A stretch of 64,000 bases of DNA from a virus (IMGVR_UViG_3300020383_000006:64001-128000), one strand, 5' to 3'; shown: positions 36,201 to 47,079, numbered from the stretch's first letter. The notes: generated from the letters alone by a model not told the origin. Numbers and translations are program-made.

Positions 36201-38096
36201 AACTTCAGAAACATCATAAAAAGATTTTCTAACGTTTCTTCTCAAAGTAAATTTATTTGTAACGTCATTACCTTGATCATCAGTGATATTAGTAATTTCG
36301 TAAGCATCCGCTTTATTCAAAGAGATTCTACTATTAGAATCAACTGAACCAGTAGCAGTAGAATTTTCTAATGATTTAACTTTTTGTTGTACTTGCTGTT
36401 TAGCCATTTGCAAGAAAACAGTAACAGGTCTACCTGCTGAACCAGAACCAACATCAATCGTTAAACCAGAACCGTTTGGGTTTCCAGTTAAAACGTAATT
36501 ATTTGTAACGTCCAATTCCGTATTGTCATCAGTGAACTGACCGATCGCGTAAACTGGGTTTTGTTCAAGGAAAACTTGATTAGAACCAGCACTGAAAGAT
36601 ATTTGGCCACTTGTGTTTAATGTTCCAGTGAAACGTTTAATTGTAGAGAATGAAGTATCTGACTCACCTAATTCATTATAAAGTGACCTAACGAATTCTA
36701 CGTTCATTGGAAACACTAATGAATTTTCAGACGTTTCTTGTAAACCAGAAGTAACGTTTACATCAAAGCCTAGTCCTTCAGTAGAAACAAAAGAATCAGA
36801 ACTAGAAATAAAAGATGAACTCGGTGTTCCATCCGGCAACCTTAAATCAAATAAGTAGAATTGATATTCGTTCCCTGATTTTCTAATTGCTCTAACTCTA
36901 CCAGTACCAACAGGTGTACCTGTTAAGTTTCTGAATGTTCCCTTTTGAAATGATTCAGTATCAGGCAAATGAGAATTAGCGTTTAATTGAACGTTAATGT
37001 AATAACCTAACGCAGTAGAAATAGAACTGTTATTGATTATAGATGTTGTTCTAGCTTTATCCATAATCACGTTAGTTTTAGAAAGCGTTTCTACTCTATA
37101 ACCTTTAACGTATGCAATACCAGGATCTAGTTGTGCCACAAATTGGTCTTGTGATTCAGTACCAAAAACCGTATCATGTTCTTCTAAACCAATACCAAAT
37201 GATTTAACAGTATAATCACCAGATTCTTCATAAGTTCTTTGCGCAAGCGTATCATTTAGTAAACTATAATCTGATTTATCAACTTTGCGTTGAACTTCAC
37301 CATCTTTAATACGGAATATTTCAAAACAATTATCCGGTAAATCATCCAATTGGTTTAATTCAAATTGAACAAGGCGCGTATTGACTCTTAAACGATCTGC
37401 TCCAGGAGCTGTTTCATTAGGCTCACCACTAGCGTTATCATAAAGGGAAGAGTCTTCATTGTGTGTTACAACCTCTTCTTCGTATTCAATACATACTGAC
37501 TTAGAAGGTTCATTAGAATATTTGTCTAATAGGATTGTTTCATCAGCAACTAGAACGAATTTACCATTTAAGTAATAAACGCCACTAGAGATTGAAAATT
37601 TAGAACCTTTTCCTTTAGTAATTACTGAAGCAGTACCGATGGTTGTTGTACCGTCTTCCGCGTAAATCGTAATAGAATCAGTTTCTTCAAAAATGTTTGA
37701 TGAGTTTGTATTAGAACCATCAGTATATTCAATGTATGCTGTATGGTTATCCGTTTGAGTTGCTTCAACGAATTGTTTAAGGATAGCTTTGACTCCGCTA
37801 CCGTTTTCTAATACTATGCCATCAACCAATTGAGATGAGATATTTGAAAAATTGTTAATGTTTAGTGTAATAAAAGAATATTCTGTCGAATAGTTTGTTT
37901 GCCCTGGAATAACGACCGACCCCTCTTCAAACGTATGGTCAGCGAACCGTTTAATTTGTTCATTAAACATACTTTGAAGTTGGTTCATTTCACGAACTTG
38001 CACACCCCTTGCAGGTCTGAACAACATTTCGTGAAAGTTTTTAGTTTTATCGTAGTCGTCATAATATGGAGCTACTGATTTATTAACTTCAGTCAT
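33204..38096 (-). CDS. VrlC-like / DUF4815-type large virion (baseplate-associated) protein
   Basis: APYYDDYD...LFRP..VQVREMNQLQS, APGADR, RTYEESGDY, RYTMRDIG, RFKNGF, NVNPY, DPLAQSF. Confidence 0.85.
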   Translation of the reverse strand: MTEVNKSVAPYYDDYDKTKNFHEMLFRPARGVQVREMNQLQSMFNEQIKRFADHTFEEGSVVIPGQTNYSTEYSFITLNINNFSNISSQLVDGIVLENGSGVKAILKQFVEATQTDNHTAYIEYTDGSNTNSSNIFEETDSITIYAEDGTTTIGTASVITKGKGSKFSISSGVYYLNGKFVLVADETILLDKYSNEPSKSVCIEYEEEVVTHNEDSSLYDNASGEPNETAPGADRLRVNTRLVQFELNQLDDLPDNCFEIFRIKDGEVQRKVDKSDYSLLNDTLAQRTYEESGDYTVKSFGIGLEEHDTVFGTESQDQFVAQLDPGIAYVKGYRVETLSKTNVIMDKARTTSIINNSSISTALGYYINVQLNANSHLPDTESFQKGTFRNLTGTPVGTGRVRAIRKSGNEYQFYLFDLRLPDGTPSSSFISSSDSFVSTEGLGFDVNVTSGLQETSENSLVFPMNVEFVRSLYNELGESDTSFSTIKRFTGTLNTSGQISFSAGSNQVFLEQNPVYAIGQFTDDNTELDVTNNYVLTGNPNGSGLTIDVGSGSAGRPVTVFLQMAKQQVQQKVKSLENSTATGSVDSNSRISLNKADAYEITNITDDQGNDVTNKFTLRRNVRKSFYDVSEVELKSGETAVMPVTISFKYYGHSDGDFFGPDSYVNIPFGEVPTEDGRRLSDVIDFRPRVSDSGDDFFSTGSVSGAIPTPYSVMRSDIEHYLPRIDKLYVDSRQNFRVAKGVPALQPKEPNDPPNSMVLYKIEIPAYTPDISEIDSIKVKNRRYTMRDIGNIAQRVSNVEYYVSLNSLESEADSRQIIDGETGMNRFKNGFLTDRFVDHSVGDFAWQNYHVSMSEQGELRPEFSLNAVDLEMNTSSSTGVVVNGQIVTLPFTHETYVTQNQRSETMNVNPYAVFRWDGAVTLTPSVDSWIDPIYTQPDVTYRIFNNGELTQTWNSWELNWVGGETSETETETSTNRTMRGRRERRISTTVVNTTTTTRTNIEVVNDKVIDTSVIPYMRSKEILIEGEGNRPNAKMHFFFDSVKINNYVKPVGGSYGNDVVTDGDGKFEAVFLIPNTSQRRFKTGQKQFIVTDEPNNNRQLSTSYAETMFTASGIRQVRRRTIVATRNIETSVTSRTTTQTRWVDPLAQSFLVERNGGGFITKIDVFFATKDQRVPVTLQVREMENGQPTQRIVPGADVMLYPSEVNTSEDGSVPTTFEFEYPVHLLDQSEYCFVILSNSNNYNAWIGRLGERNLGNNQYIVEQPYAGVLFKSQNNSTWTADQTADLQFRIYMANFDTSSNGLVYLENTELDKIVLENNPIETVDGSSKLIIHAPRHNYIQGGTITIQNATGGNGFALNEINGDWTITDVLDPNRIEITSTGIANASGFIGEDTVTVSNTIQATLLRPNVPTIELDGTSVEYGVKGTRGQSIDGNENSYSQLTQYFPVANDRNNLLPQPWVITNRLDEQNNIGGSRSLSFRLRMNSGNSNISPVLDLQGLSVITPCVLVDYKDQDLNDGSNNFANYRTRVSGLKLPADSLNIFLDIMQGDEADTVITARYGNSEEEVLESSWEPLNQIVYNTSPNEYRECEFAVEGRSEFTHYQVMIQLKSKNASMAPICKRLRCIANLKG

Positions 38097-38106
38097 TTCT
38101 TATCCT

Positions 38107-39357
38107 TTAAAATGATACAATAAATTTGTATTCTTCGGTTTTTTCTTCTGACCTCGTAACGGGTTTTATATTTTTAAACCACAACAAGTTACCAGAGTTT
38201 TTCAAGTAATTACCTTTATTTATAACTTCTTCCGTTAACGGTAAATGTTCAGTATTAATTTTGTTAATGATTTCAGTGGTAAAACCTTCACCGTGTATTT
38301 TTGTATCAAAACCGCTTAATATGGAGTCGGTGTAAAACATAGAGTTATCTTTATCAACCATTAATACATTAATTTCTTCACCGCTAGAGGTACGTAATTT
38401 TTGACCTCTTTTAATTTTTCTTATACAGGTTACTTTTACAACACAACCTTTTTTATTAGATAATCCTTTAGATACTACTCCAATTCTTCTATACGTTATA
38501 CCAGTCGGCAACCCTTCTTTAGATCCTTCCAATTTTATATCAAGTAATTTGTATATTGCGTGTAATTCTTCTTTAGGGTTATAACCATGCCCACCTACTG
38601 GAGAAACAACAGGACGCATCACCGTATTACATGAGCATTCGTTAGATTGAACCTCAACGAACGCTCTTCTATACCCCTTCCCTGGATTTATAATTTTTAC
38701 TTTTTCAATTTTACCATCTTTAATTATTGCTTTTGCTTCGCAACCGTAACCATCACCTTTTATGATAATTTTTGGTGATGTTTTAAAACAATTATTTTCA
38801 TTACCGGAAACTATATCTATTCTATCTATAGAACCATCATTTTTCCATTTTTCTTTCATTTGTACAGTATCGTAACAAGGAATATAACCAGTACCAGAAA
38901 AATTTCTTCTGTCCTCTTTATTAACGGAATACATATAAACCCAAACGTATCCGTCTTGACAAGAAAAAGGTTTTTCTAAATTACCTCTCGGCATAACAGT
39001 AGAAACTTCATAATTGTTATTATCAAGACATTTATAGACACCCCACTCTTCATTAATAACGTAAAAGTCTACAGGTTTATCTAAATCAACTTCATCATCG
39101 TATTGAGAATAAACTTTCCCTGAAATCCAAGTATTATCTTCTATGACCGTATGTAAATCTTCGGAATTGATTCTTTTAAGACAAAGAACATCATTTAAAA
39201 CATCAATGTGAGTTTTAACTTCGTTCTTTGCTTCAGGCGGTTCTTGTTCATTTTCCCAAGGACTAGAATTCCCTAAAAAGAAATAATAAGGAACACAATT
39301 AAGTGATTTTTTAAATATGTCACTTGCCGCAATTTTCAGGGAATTTGTTGGTTTCAT
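38107..39357 (-). CDS. 8: Baseplate wedge subunit gp8-like
   Basis: PWENEQEPP, VYKCLDN, DGYVWVYMY, SPVGGHG, RSEEKTEEYKFIVSF. Confidence 0.85.
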   Translation of the reverse strand: MKPTNSLKIAASDIFKKSLNCVPYYFFLGNSSPWENEQEPPEAKNEVKTHIDVLNDVLCLKRINSEDLHTVIEDNTWISGKVYSQYDDEVDLDKPVDFYVINEEWGVYKCLDNNNYEVSTVMPRGNLEKPFSCQDGYVWVYMYSVNKEDRRNFSGTGYIPCYDTVQMKEKWKNDGSIDRIDIVSGNENNCFKTSPKIIIKGDGYGCEAKAIIKDGKIEKVKIINPGKGYRRAFVEVQSNECSCNTVMRPVVSPVGGHGYNPKEELHAIYKLLDIKLEGSKEGLPTGITYRRIGVVSKGLSNKKGCVVKVTCIRKIKRGQKLRTSSGEEINVLMVDKDNSMFYTDSILSGFDTKIHGEGFTTEIINKINTEHLPLTEEVINKGNYLKNSGNLLWFKNIKPVTRSEEKTEEYKFIVSF

Positions 39358-39398
39358 TTTATTGCCTATGCAATTGATTAAAAATTATACTTATACCA

Positions 39399-39590
39399 TT
39401 ATTTATATATTCCAATTTTTACCTTATGTTCTATTAACCGTTCTTCAATTCTTTTTACATCTTCTTTGTTGGTCACTATATCTTTTTGGGCTATTGCTAC
39501 ATCTGTCTCAATTGACCTAATGGCCAGACTATTCTCTTTTATAGTTTCTTTTTCCCAGGCATTTAATCCATCTGACACAACAAGCTCCAA
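39399..39590 (-). CDS. Small coiled-coil hypothetical protein
   Basis: About 60 aa; probable GTG start after GGAG; TTAAATA upstream. Confidence 0.5.
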   Translation of the reverse strand: MELVVSDGLNAWEKETIKENSLAIRSIETDVAIAQKDIVTNKEDVKRIEERLIEHKVKIGIYK

Positions 39591-39727
39591 CTGAATATAT
39601 TAATTATTAAAAGTATTTAATCAGAAGAGTATATATAAATAAAGAGATACCCCCAGCTGACCCTAAAAATACTTTCCTAGCCTATTCACTTTCTTCATTC
39701 TCTCATTCACCGGATACTCGTTTGTTC

Positions 39728-40135
39728 TCAAACATTTTCAAGGTCCGGTTTTTCGGGATACGTAAAGTTAAACGGGTAACCAGGCTGATCGGTGATATCT
39801 AGCAAAGATTTTCTGTAATTCTTGATCTCTTCTTTTAAATCTCCACTAACACTTTCCCACCTCAATGGGTTGCTTGCTACCTTATCTATTTCCTGCAGTA
39901 GCCGTGCTCTTTTCATCCTTGCCTCGGCATCCTTTTCTTCATAGGAGGGCTGATACTCGGCATATCCTTGTACTTTAACTAATTCATACACCTCTCTTCC
40001 CAGTTCCTCTGAGTCATCTGGTGATGCTGTAAAAGGAATCCACCCAAAACCTGGGTGGTTCAATTGAAGATCAATAGTGCCGTCTTTATTCTCTATGCAG
40101 TTTTTTATAGTGTAACTCATCTTTACCTCACGCAA
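39728..40135 (-). CDS. Tail fibre assembly chaperone (Tfa-like)
   Basis: GWIPFTASPDD, R.KR..LL, YRKSLLDITDQPGYP..P; directly after a fibre gene. Confidence 0.8.
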   Translation of the reverse strand: MREVKMSYTIKNCIENKDGTIDLQLNHPGFGWIPFTASPDDSEELGREVYELVKVQGYAEYQPSYEEKDAEARMKRARLLQEIDKVASNPLRWESVSGDLKEEIKNYRKSLLDITDQPGYPFNFTYPEKPDLENV

Positions 40136-42263
40136 TTCTTACAAATAATGTAGTACTTTCCGAAGCATTCCAGTCGGCATTCGCCCACCCCATACACCGC
40201 CATGTGCCTGGCAAACTGATTTTATCCCTTGCTTCAAAAGAGTTAACCGATGAAGCGTCCAGTTTGCTTCCGCTTATTGTATCGCCAGGTCTATATGTTG
40301 GTCCTCCGTCCACATACGCAACGTGTGCTAGCATATATGACCCTACAGCATTAGCATTTGGTTTTCTTGCTGAATATCTTTCATCTGATTCAGACTTACT
40401 GTAGCACGATACGTTTCTAACACTAGATAGACCTACATCTGATTTAGTCGTGCCGCTTCTAATAGAAGAAACCGATGTAGTAGCCGCATCAGATAACCCT
40501 AGATTACTTCTTGCCGTTGACTTATCAGGTAAATCGGCTAGGTTACTTGATTCATTTAAATACCGAGCATCATAATGTGCTCTAGAATAGTTATCTACAA
40601 AACTTAGACCTACATCAGATTTAGTAGTTGCTTGTGCTCTTAGTCCAGAATATGTACCAGAGGTATTGGCTTTGGAAGATGGATTGAAATTACCCGCATG
40701 CCAAACCTTGCTACCGTCCGTGTATAATCCATCGGATTTCATTTCTATGGGGTGGTAAGAAGACCCGTCATACCAGTTCTCCCTGTAAAATGAGTACCCG
40801 CTTGAGCTGTTACGGAATTTGTGAATGGTAGCTGTCGTACCATCATCACGAGCGTCCCAATTTACATGTGCAGAAGTAGCAGAATCATAAAGCCTGAATC
40901 TAGTGGATATCGTTTGCGATCCTGATGTTCTTATAAACCCACTTGAGCTAATACCGTCCAACTTATCAGCATCAACTGCTTTACCTCCAGCAGCCAAATA
41001 ACGACTGTCATAATGTGCTCTTGAGTAGTTATCCACCGAACCTAAACCCACATCGGATTTAGTTGTTCCCTTAGCACGTAAACTAGCAGTTCCTGTTAAT
41101 CCAGAACCACTTCCAGAAAACGATGTTGCTGTTATACTCCCACCAAAATTGGCATTGCCATTAGTATCTATTAGTGTGGTTACTCGATTTAGCCCACTAC
41201 TTAGATTATCACTAGAAGCATAAACTTTAACACCATTTTCACCAGCTATATGAACAATTTCACCACCGAAACCGCCCATGCTACTCATAGATTCACCAGC
41301 ACCAATCTTTATCTCGGTGCCATTGCCAACATATTGAGTACTGGATACTTGATTAAAATCTACATTACTATTTGTGTTTAAACTCTGATTAGCAAAGTTA
41401 ACCATTGATGTAGTAATAGTAGGTAATCTAGAACTACTTAAAGTACCACTAGAAATATTGCCAGCATTTGTAGCGTCTACATTAGGAACATTACCTAAAC
41501 CAACATCAGCTTTTGTAGTACCTGTAGCTCTTAATGAAGCTGTTCCAGTCAAACCAGAACCATTTCCTGAAATGTTTCCTGATACGTTTAAATCGCCATC
41601 AGTTTTAATGGAACCCTTAACATATAAACCGTTGGTAGGTACTTTAGATGAATCACTATATGAACTTGAAACAAGTAATTCATTTGTATTGATGGGTAAA
41701 GCTCCATTACCTTTTAGAAAACTTAACCTATCGTTACTCCCTTGAATAGCTCCAGATAAATATAAATTATCTCCATGATAATTACCTGTAACATATAAAC
41801 TTTTTGTGCTTCCTTCATATTCAATACCAGAATGGGTGTATATTCTATTGTCATCTATAACTGTGCCTATAGAATATCTACCACTAAAAGTTGTACCACC
41901 TTTATAAAAAGCACCGACTTGTGTAGCTGTTATACTTGTTAATCCTGAACCGTTTCCTGAAATTGTACCTGAGACTTCTAAATCAGTTGATACTTCAACT
42001 TTAGAGTTATCGTTATAAACATTAATAGCTCTACGCAAAGTACCATCATAAGAAAACCATGTGGATACTGAATTACCATTACCAAAAGCAAACCCATTAG
42101 TTCCATTAGGGTCAGTATATAATGCATTACCTTCTAAATTTACTGCGTCCCAAGAGTTTTCTTTTATTTGTACATTTTCACTGAATTTAGCTTTTAACCC
42201 TACAGATAGCTCTCCTGTAACAGTTAAATCACCATAGTTTATTGAATCAAATAATTTTGCCAT
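40128..42263 (-). CDS. Tail fibre protein C (711 aa)
   Basis: Repeated TTKSDVGL..V.N, ADKLDG, KVWHAGNF, NLADLPDKSTARSNLGL; tip PGTWRCMG...LFVRIA. Confidence 0.85.
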   Translation of the reverse strand: MAKLFDSINYGDLTVTGELSVGLKAKFSENVQIKENSWDAVNLEGNALYTDPNGTNGFAFGNGNSVSTWFSYDGTLRRAINVYNDNSKVEVSTDLEVSGTISGNGSGLTSITATQVGAFYKGGTTFSGRYSIGTVIDDNRIYTHSGIEYEGSTKSLYVTGNYHGDNLYLSGAIQGSNDRLSFLKGNGALPINTNELLVSSSYSDSSKVPTNGLYVKGSIKTDGDLNVSGNISGNGSGLTGTASLRATGTTKADVGLGNVPNVDATNAGNISSGTLSSSRLPTITTSMVNFANQSLNTNSNVDFNQVSSTQYVGNGTEIKIGAGESMSSMGGFGGEIVHIAGENGVKVYASSDNLSSGLNRVTTLIDTNGNANFGGSITATSFSGSGSGLTGTASLRAKGTTKSDVGLGSVDNYSRAHYDSRYLAAGGKAVDADKLDGISSSGFIRTSGSQTISTRFRLYDSATSAHVNWDARDDGTTATIHKFRNSSSGYSFYRENWYDGSSYHPIEMKSDGLYTDGSKVWHAGNFNPSSKANTSGTYSGLRAQATTKSDVGLSFVDNYSRAHYDARYLNESSNLADLPDKSTARSNLGLSDAATTSVSSIRSGTTKSDVGLSSVRNVSCYSKSESDERYSARKPNANAVGSYMLAHVAYVDGGPTYRPGDTISGSKLDASSVNSFEARDKISLPGTWRCMGWANADWNASESTTLFVRIA

Positions 42264-42264
42264 T

Positions 42265-44952
42265 TTAACCTTCTATAAATTCTTTTGAGTAAACTGTTTT
42301 GGAATCAAAATTACTTTTTAAAGCTGAATTAGCTTCATCCATTATTTCTTTTTCTGTTAAAGGTTTACTGAAAATTTTAAAATTAGCCATTTCACCATGA
42401 AAACTTGGTGCATAAGTATAGCTTGCTGATCCTGTAGACTGACCTATAGAACTAAAACTAAAGTATTCCCCACCAGGATTATTTCCGTCGTCCATTGAAC
42501 CCGTGTAAAATAATTTTCCATTCTGGTACCAACGAACAGGTCTATTTGTTTCTCCATTAGCAAAAACAATAACAAAATTTGACCAAACACCTCGAACGTC
42601 ATCGGGGAAGTTACTAGAACCGAAACTATAATTATTTTGTGTTGCTGCTTCAGTCCTAAAATACTTCCCTTGGCTATAAATTTCTATATGCCTGATAGTC
42701 GATGAGCCAAATAAAACAGCCAACCTATCCGCTGCGGACTCATCTACCTTGAGCCAAAAACTATATGAACACCCTTCAGGATAATTATTTGTGTTTGTAA
42801 TATTTTCTGGGACAGAAATATATTCTCCGGCTACACCAGCACCGTCTCCTGAACCAGGAAAATAATAACAACTTTTTCCATTAAGAAAATTGCCATCTAA
42901 AACAACTGTTGAAGACGATCCGTTATGTTTATTGCCGGAGTAGTCTAAGAAATTTTTAGACAACGGCCAAAATGCTACCAAATTATTATTTATTCCAACT
43001 TCGTTTATTTCACCACAATTCATTCTTTTGTTTTCTACTTGCATCCCTTTTTGGGTATCGCTAGAACCATTAATTTCCTTGACGTATTCGTAGTTAGAAG
43101 AATCATAGCCAGTAGCTAAAGCATGGACTGATGGTTCAGTTCCATCAACTACATCTAACCTAGGATAAACAAATTGTTGCTTAGTTGCTGTATCAGTAGA
43201 GTAATAAAGGTAAGAACGGTGACGTAGTGAAGTAGTTCCTGAAGCAAAAACATAGTCTCTTTCTATGTCACTTACTTTATTCCCCTTTATATCATAAAAG
43301 CCTGAATCCGGATGGTTGCCCCCTGTACCTGATCCGGCTGGCCATACATGACCTACCAATAAAAACCATTCTCCTTCAGGATAACCCCAACCTCCTGACC
43401 AAAAATATGGGTTACTGTTTGAGGAACCATTGCTTCTATTCAAAACGTTGGAACCACCGCCATTACAACCTAAATAAGTTGATCCATTACCACGAACGGT
43501 TCTTCTAATCCAAACTGAAAAACGGTGTAATTTATTATTATCAATAGACTTGTAGCTGGTATTCCACCCACCATCAGCGTTTGAACTTGAATCCGTTCTT
43601 GCTTCCCATATAACAGATTTTTTCCCGTGCGGATCAACATCAATTATTCTGTAATTTTCTGAATCAGCACCATTTCTACTAAATCCAGAAGCTGAACCCG
43701 TAGTACCTTCAACCCAAGTAGTATAGTCAAGCAAGTTACTACCGATATTACCTGTTTCATTAATCATCTTTGTGGATGCGTTAGCATGCTTATCAAAGGC
43801 TAAACTTGTTTTATATGCGTTAGCTACCTCTTCATCAGAAAAAGCTCTTGCGTACTGTTTAACGCCCTGTAATTTACCAACAAAATCACTAGTATATCCT
43901 GTACCTATTTGGAGATCATACGTAGATGCACCAATTGAGGTTAGGTTCATAGGTTCACTAAGATCGGGTTGACCATTAATATAAAACTGCCAAATTTGGT
44001 TTTTAATGTTTCTAACTACAGTAATATGAACCCACTTATTTAAAGGTATTCCACCACTACTTCTTAAAGATCTATAACCACTACCATCGTTTCCGTTTGG
44101 TCCGGAATAAAACCTGAAAAACCTTCCTGCCTCAAAATTTAAAGTGCCTTCCCCACTATACCCCTTATTCCATATTGTTTGTCTTCTGCTATCAGTAGTA
44201 GGGTAAACCCACATAGAAATGGTCATATTACCTGTGATAGTAGGCGAATTAGGTACAGTTATGTGTTTACCGGAATCATCAGAATTATCATTTACTTCTT
44301 GTAATTTAGATAGAGAAAGAAGTTTGTATTCCTCTTCAACTTCTTTTGTGCTTAGTACATGGTCAAAAAATTTGAACTGGCTTAACTGCATACCATCACC
44401 GTTCAAAGAATTTGACCCTACACCACCACCAGAGCCAATAGTGTAATCAGTGTCATTAAAAGACCAATTTTTAAAATCACTGGGAGGAGTCAAACTTTCT
44501 ACTAAATTACCGTCAAGATAAATTTTTGTGTAACCATCAATACTTCTGGTTCCAACTATGTGATACCATTTGTCTACTTCTAACCCATAAATTCCAGGCC
44601 ATGCTCTATAAGCTTCAATTGAACCATCATCTTTTTCATAGTGTGAATACCATCTGAAAAACCCATCAATATCTCTACTATTTCTATAAAGCATGAAACC
44701 AGTATTACCTCTTCTGTTACCTAATATAGCAATACTTTTCCAAGTAGCGTCCGTTTTTCTAAACCAGACACTGAAAGACCAATTTCTAAACTTAGATTCA
44801 TTTATTTTTGTTTGTATTTGTCCATATGAGAATTCAGCACAGTCATCAACAATGCCGTCTACAAAAGAAACATTGTCGCTTATATTTCCACCAAAATTAC
44901 CCTTCAAATCTTTTTCATTTCCATTTAAAGGAAAATATGCAATTAAACTCAT
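42265..44952 (-). CDS. Multi-LamG (concanavalin-like) virion adhesin/receptor-binding protein
   Basis: LIAYFPLNG, KWYHIVGT...KIYLDG, KWVHITV...FYING, LVAFWPL: three LamG-like domains plus one other beta domain. Confidence 0.8.
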   Translation of the reverse strand: MSLIAYFPLNGNEKDLKGNFGGNISDNVSFVDGIVDDCAEFSYGQIQTKINESKFRNWSFSVWFRKTDATWKSIAILGNRRGNTGFMLYRNSRDIDGFFRWYSHYEKDDGSIEAYRAWPGIYGLEVDKWYHIVGTRSIDGYTKIYLDGNLVESLTPPSDFKNWSFNDTDYTIGSGGGVGSNSLNGDGMQLSQFKFFDHVLSTKEVEEEYKLLSLSKLQEVNDNSDDSGKHITVPNSPTITGNMTISMWVYPTTDSRRQTIWNKGYSGEGTLNFEAGRFFRFYSGPNGNDGSGYRSLRSSGGIPLNKWVHITVVRNIKNQIWQFYINGQPDLSEPMNLTSIGASTYDLQIGTGYTSDFVGKLQGVKQYARAFSDEEVANAYKTSLAFDKHANASTKMINETGNIGSNLLDYTTWVEGTTGSASGFSRNGADSENYRIIDVDPHGKKSVIWEARTDSSSNADGGWNTSYKSIDNNKLHRFSVWIRRTVRGNGSTYLGCNGGGSNVLNRSNGSSNSNPYFWSGGWGYPEGEWFLLVGHVWPAGSGTGGNHPDSGFYDIKGNKVSDIERDYVFASGTTSLRHRSYLYYSTDTATKQQFVYPRLDVVDGTEPSVHALATGYDSSNYEYVKEINGSSDTQKGMQVENKRMNCGEINEVGINNNLVAFWPLSKNFLDYSGNKHNGSSSTVVLDGNFLNGKSCYYFPGSGDGAGVAGEYISVPENITNTNNYPEGCSYSFWLKVDESAADRLAVLFGSSTIRHIEIYSQGKYFRTEAATQNNYSFGSSNFPDDVRGVWSNFVIVFANGETNRPVRWYQNGKLFYTGSMDDGNNPGGEYFSFSSIGQSTGSASYTYAPSFHGEMANFKIFSKPLTEKEIMDEANSALKSNFDSKTVYSKEFIEG

Positions 44953-44961
44953 TAATTCACC

Positions 44962-47079
44962 TTAAAAGAAATTAAATTCCATTGACTGATTGGTAGCATT
45001 GTATTGTATTTTGCAACCTTCAGAACCATCAGCGCTACTATAAGAAGAAGCGTTATCTTTGTGGTCTAGTTCACCTAACATAACGTCATCAGTATCACTA
45101 CGTAAAAATTGCGTTGAATTTACACCATCTAGGGAACCGGCATTTGTTGCATATTCGGCTTCGTCAGCAATACCTTTTAACCTTCCTTGAAAAACCTCAG
45201 CAATTAGTTTTGCATTGGCAGATATACCATCACCCCAAAAAATAAATTCAGAGCCTGCCGAATCAGTATTACCATCAGTAACTTCTATTCTAGCGTCAGT
45301 ACCAGTTATAAAATTTAAAAAATTGCCATACACAGCAAGCTGACCATTAACTTGCAAACTTTGGAAAATTGGCGTGCTGTCAGTATTAAGTTCTTGATCA
45401 GCAAAATTAACATGAGATGTAGTAATTGTGCCTAGTTCAGAATACGTAGGTTTACGCCCTCCGTGATACACATAATTACCATTTAATTTAATCTCAGCAG
45501 TTTCAGGGGTATTATCATTTGGAAATATAGTCCAAGTACCATCCCTTACATACGATTTCAACCCTGTTTCAACATTCTCATCATCGTAATCTCTTAAATA
45601 TATGTATCTACCAAGCCTAGGACTTTCAAAGTATTCGCTTTGTGTACGCGCTATTTGGCTTGGGATACGAGCAGTACTTAAAGTACCAGTTGTAATGTTA
45701 CTGGCATCATGGTTATGGCTAAGATTAGTTGTATATGAACTACCGTCTTGTTTAGAGAGCGTTAAAGTCCCATTACCGCTACCACTGATAGAGGTCAGGC
45801 TTCTATCATAAGAAGTGTCCCAAAGTGATTTGTTATAGCCTGTTTTAGAGATTGAACCAGAAAAATAACTGGTTATTTCTGACTTTGTATTGTACCTTGA
45901 ATCATGGGTATGACTATCATTATCTACAGTAGCACTAATAGTGACGTTTGAAGAGCCGTCAAAGGACACAGAACCGCTTAAATCACCACTTAATGATATA
46001 GTCCTAGCCGTAGATAATTTAGTCGCTTGGTCTGCTGTAGACACCGCATCATTTATTTGAACATAAGAAGAACCAGACCATCTATACACGGACTCGGTAT
46101 CTAAAGCCAAATACAATTTACCCGTTTCACCTGTTGCTGGAAACGCTGTTGTACTAGAATATTCCAATACATCATCAACGAAAGAAGGTAATTGTGAAGA
46201 AGGAACAACGCCATTGGAATTTAGTGAAGCGTACCCATTAGCAACACCTTTATTTGAAGCTGATTCATACCCAGCTGAAGCGTGATTACCCCAAGAATAA
46301 GCTGTGTTCCAGTTAGAAAGGTTTAATGTAGGTTTACCGCTTATATTATTCCATTGCAAATTTGTTAAACCAGAACCATTACCTGAAATAACTCCACTGC
46401 TACTAATCCCCAATAATTCATTACCTGAGGAACTTCCCGCGTGACTTCTTATACTTAACCCATTGGGTACACCACTACCAACGTTTCTATTGGCAACTAT
46501 ACTATAACCATAGTTATCCGTAGTAGAAGTTGCTATAGAAATCCCTACTTTACCATTATCAGTTAAAGCGGCAGGATCTACATGTAAGCCAGAATATTCA
46601 AAGTTATAAACGGAATCTGCTGTACTTTGTTTTACCTTAGTGGTCCCGAAATTAACATTACTTCCAATGTTCAGTGATTGGTTAGCAAAATTAACGTCAC
46701 TAGTTGTAATAGTCGGTAAACGGGAAGAACTTAATGTACCACTAACTATGTCACTAGCATCATGATTATGCGAACTAGGTGTAAATGTACTTGGTACGTT
46801 GGTTAAATCGTTATATGAACCCGTTTTACCAACTGTACTTATTGTTGAATCTAATGCGTAACCAACTGAGGCATGATTGCCCCAAGAATAAGCGGTATCC
46901 CAATTAGAAACTTGAGTAGAAGAAAATGGTAATCTAGCATAATCTATTGTACCAGAACTAATATTATTTGCGTTTATGTTATAAACGCCACTACCGTCAC
47001 CTGAAATAATGCCTTTAACATTTAAATCATGTGTTACAGTTAATTTACCAAAAACTCTACTTGAACCTAAATCAGCCAT
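44962..47079 (-). CDS. Tail fibre protein B (705 aa)
   Basis: NWDTAYSWGNHA repeats, QLPSFVDDVLEY, ATKLSTARTISLSGD, LDGVNSTQFLRSD. Confidence 0.85.
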   Translation of the reverse strand: MADLGSSRVFGKLTVTHDLNVKGIISGDGSGVYNINANNISSGTIDYARLPFSSTQVSNWDTAYSWGNHASVGYALDSTISTVGKTGSYNDLTNVPSTFTPSSHNHDASDIVSGTLSSSRLPTITTSDVNFANQSLNIGSNVNFGTTKVKQSTADSVYNFEYSGLHVDPAALTDNGKVGISIATSTTDNYGYSIVANRNVGSGVPNGLSIRSHAGSSSGNELLGISSSGVISGNGSGLTNLQWNNISGKPTLNLSNWNTAYSWGNHASAGYESASNKGVANGYASLNSNGVVPSSQLPSFVDDVLEYSSTTAFPATGETGKLYLALDTESVYRWSGSSYVQINDAVSTADQATKLSTARTISLSGDLSGSVSFDGSSNVTISATVDNDSHTHDSRYNTKSEITSYFSGSISKTGYNKSLWDTSYDRSLTSISGSGNGTLTLSKQDGSSYTTNLSHNHDASNITTGTLSTARIPSQIARTQSEYFESPRLGRYIYLRDYDDENVETGLKSYVRDGTWTIFPNDNTPETAEIKLNGNYVYHGGRKPTYSELGTITTSHVNFADQELNTDSTPIFQSLQVNGQLAVYGNFLNFITGTDARIEVTDGNTDSAGSEFIFWGDGISANAKLIAEVFQGRLKGIADEAEYATNAGSLDGVNSTQFLRSDTDDVMLGELDHKDNASSYSSADGSEGCKIQYNATNQSMEFNFF

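Noticed and set aside
39591-39727. Purine-rich gap after the fibre chaperone as a gene or ncRNA
   Set aside because: Only very short ORFs and no convincing stem. More likely an insertion scar plus a TTAAATA late-promoter variant.
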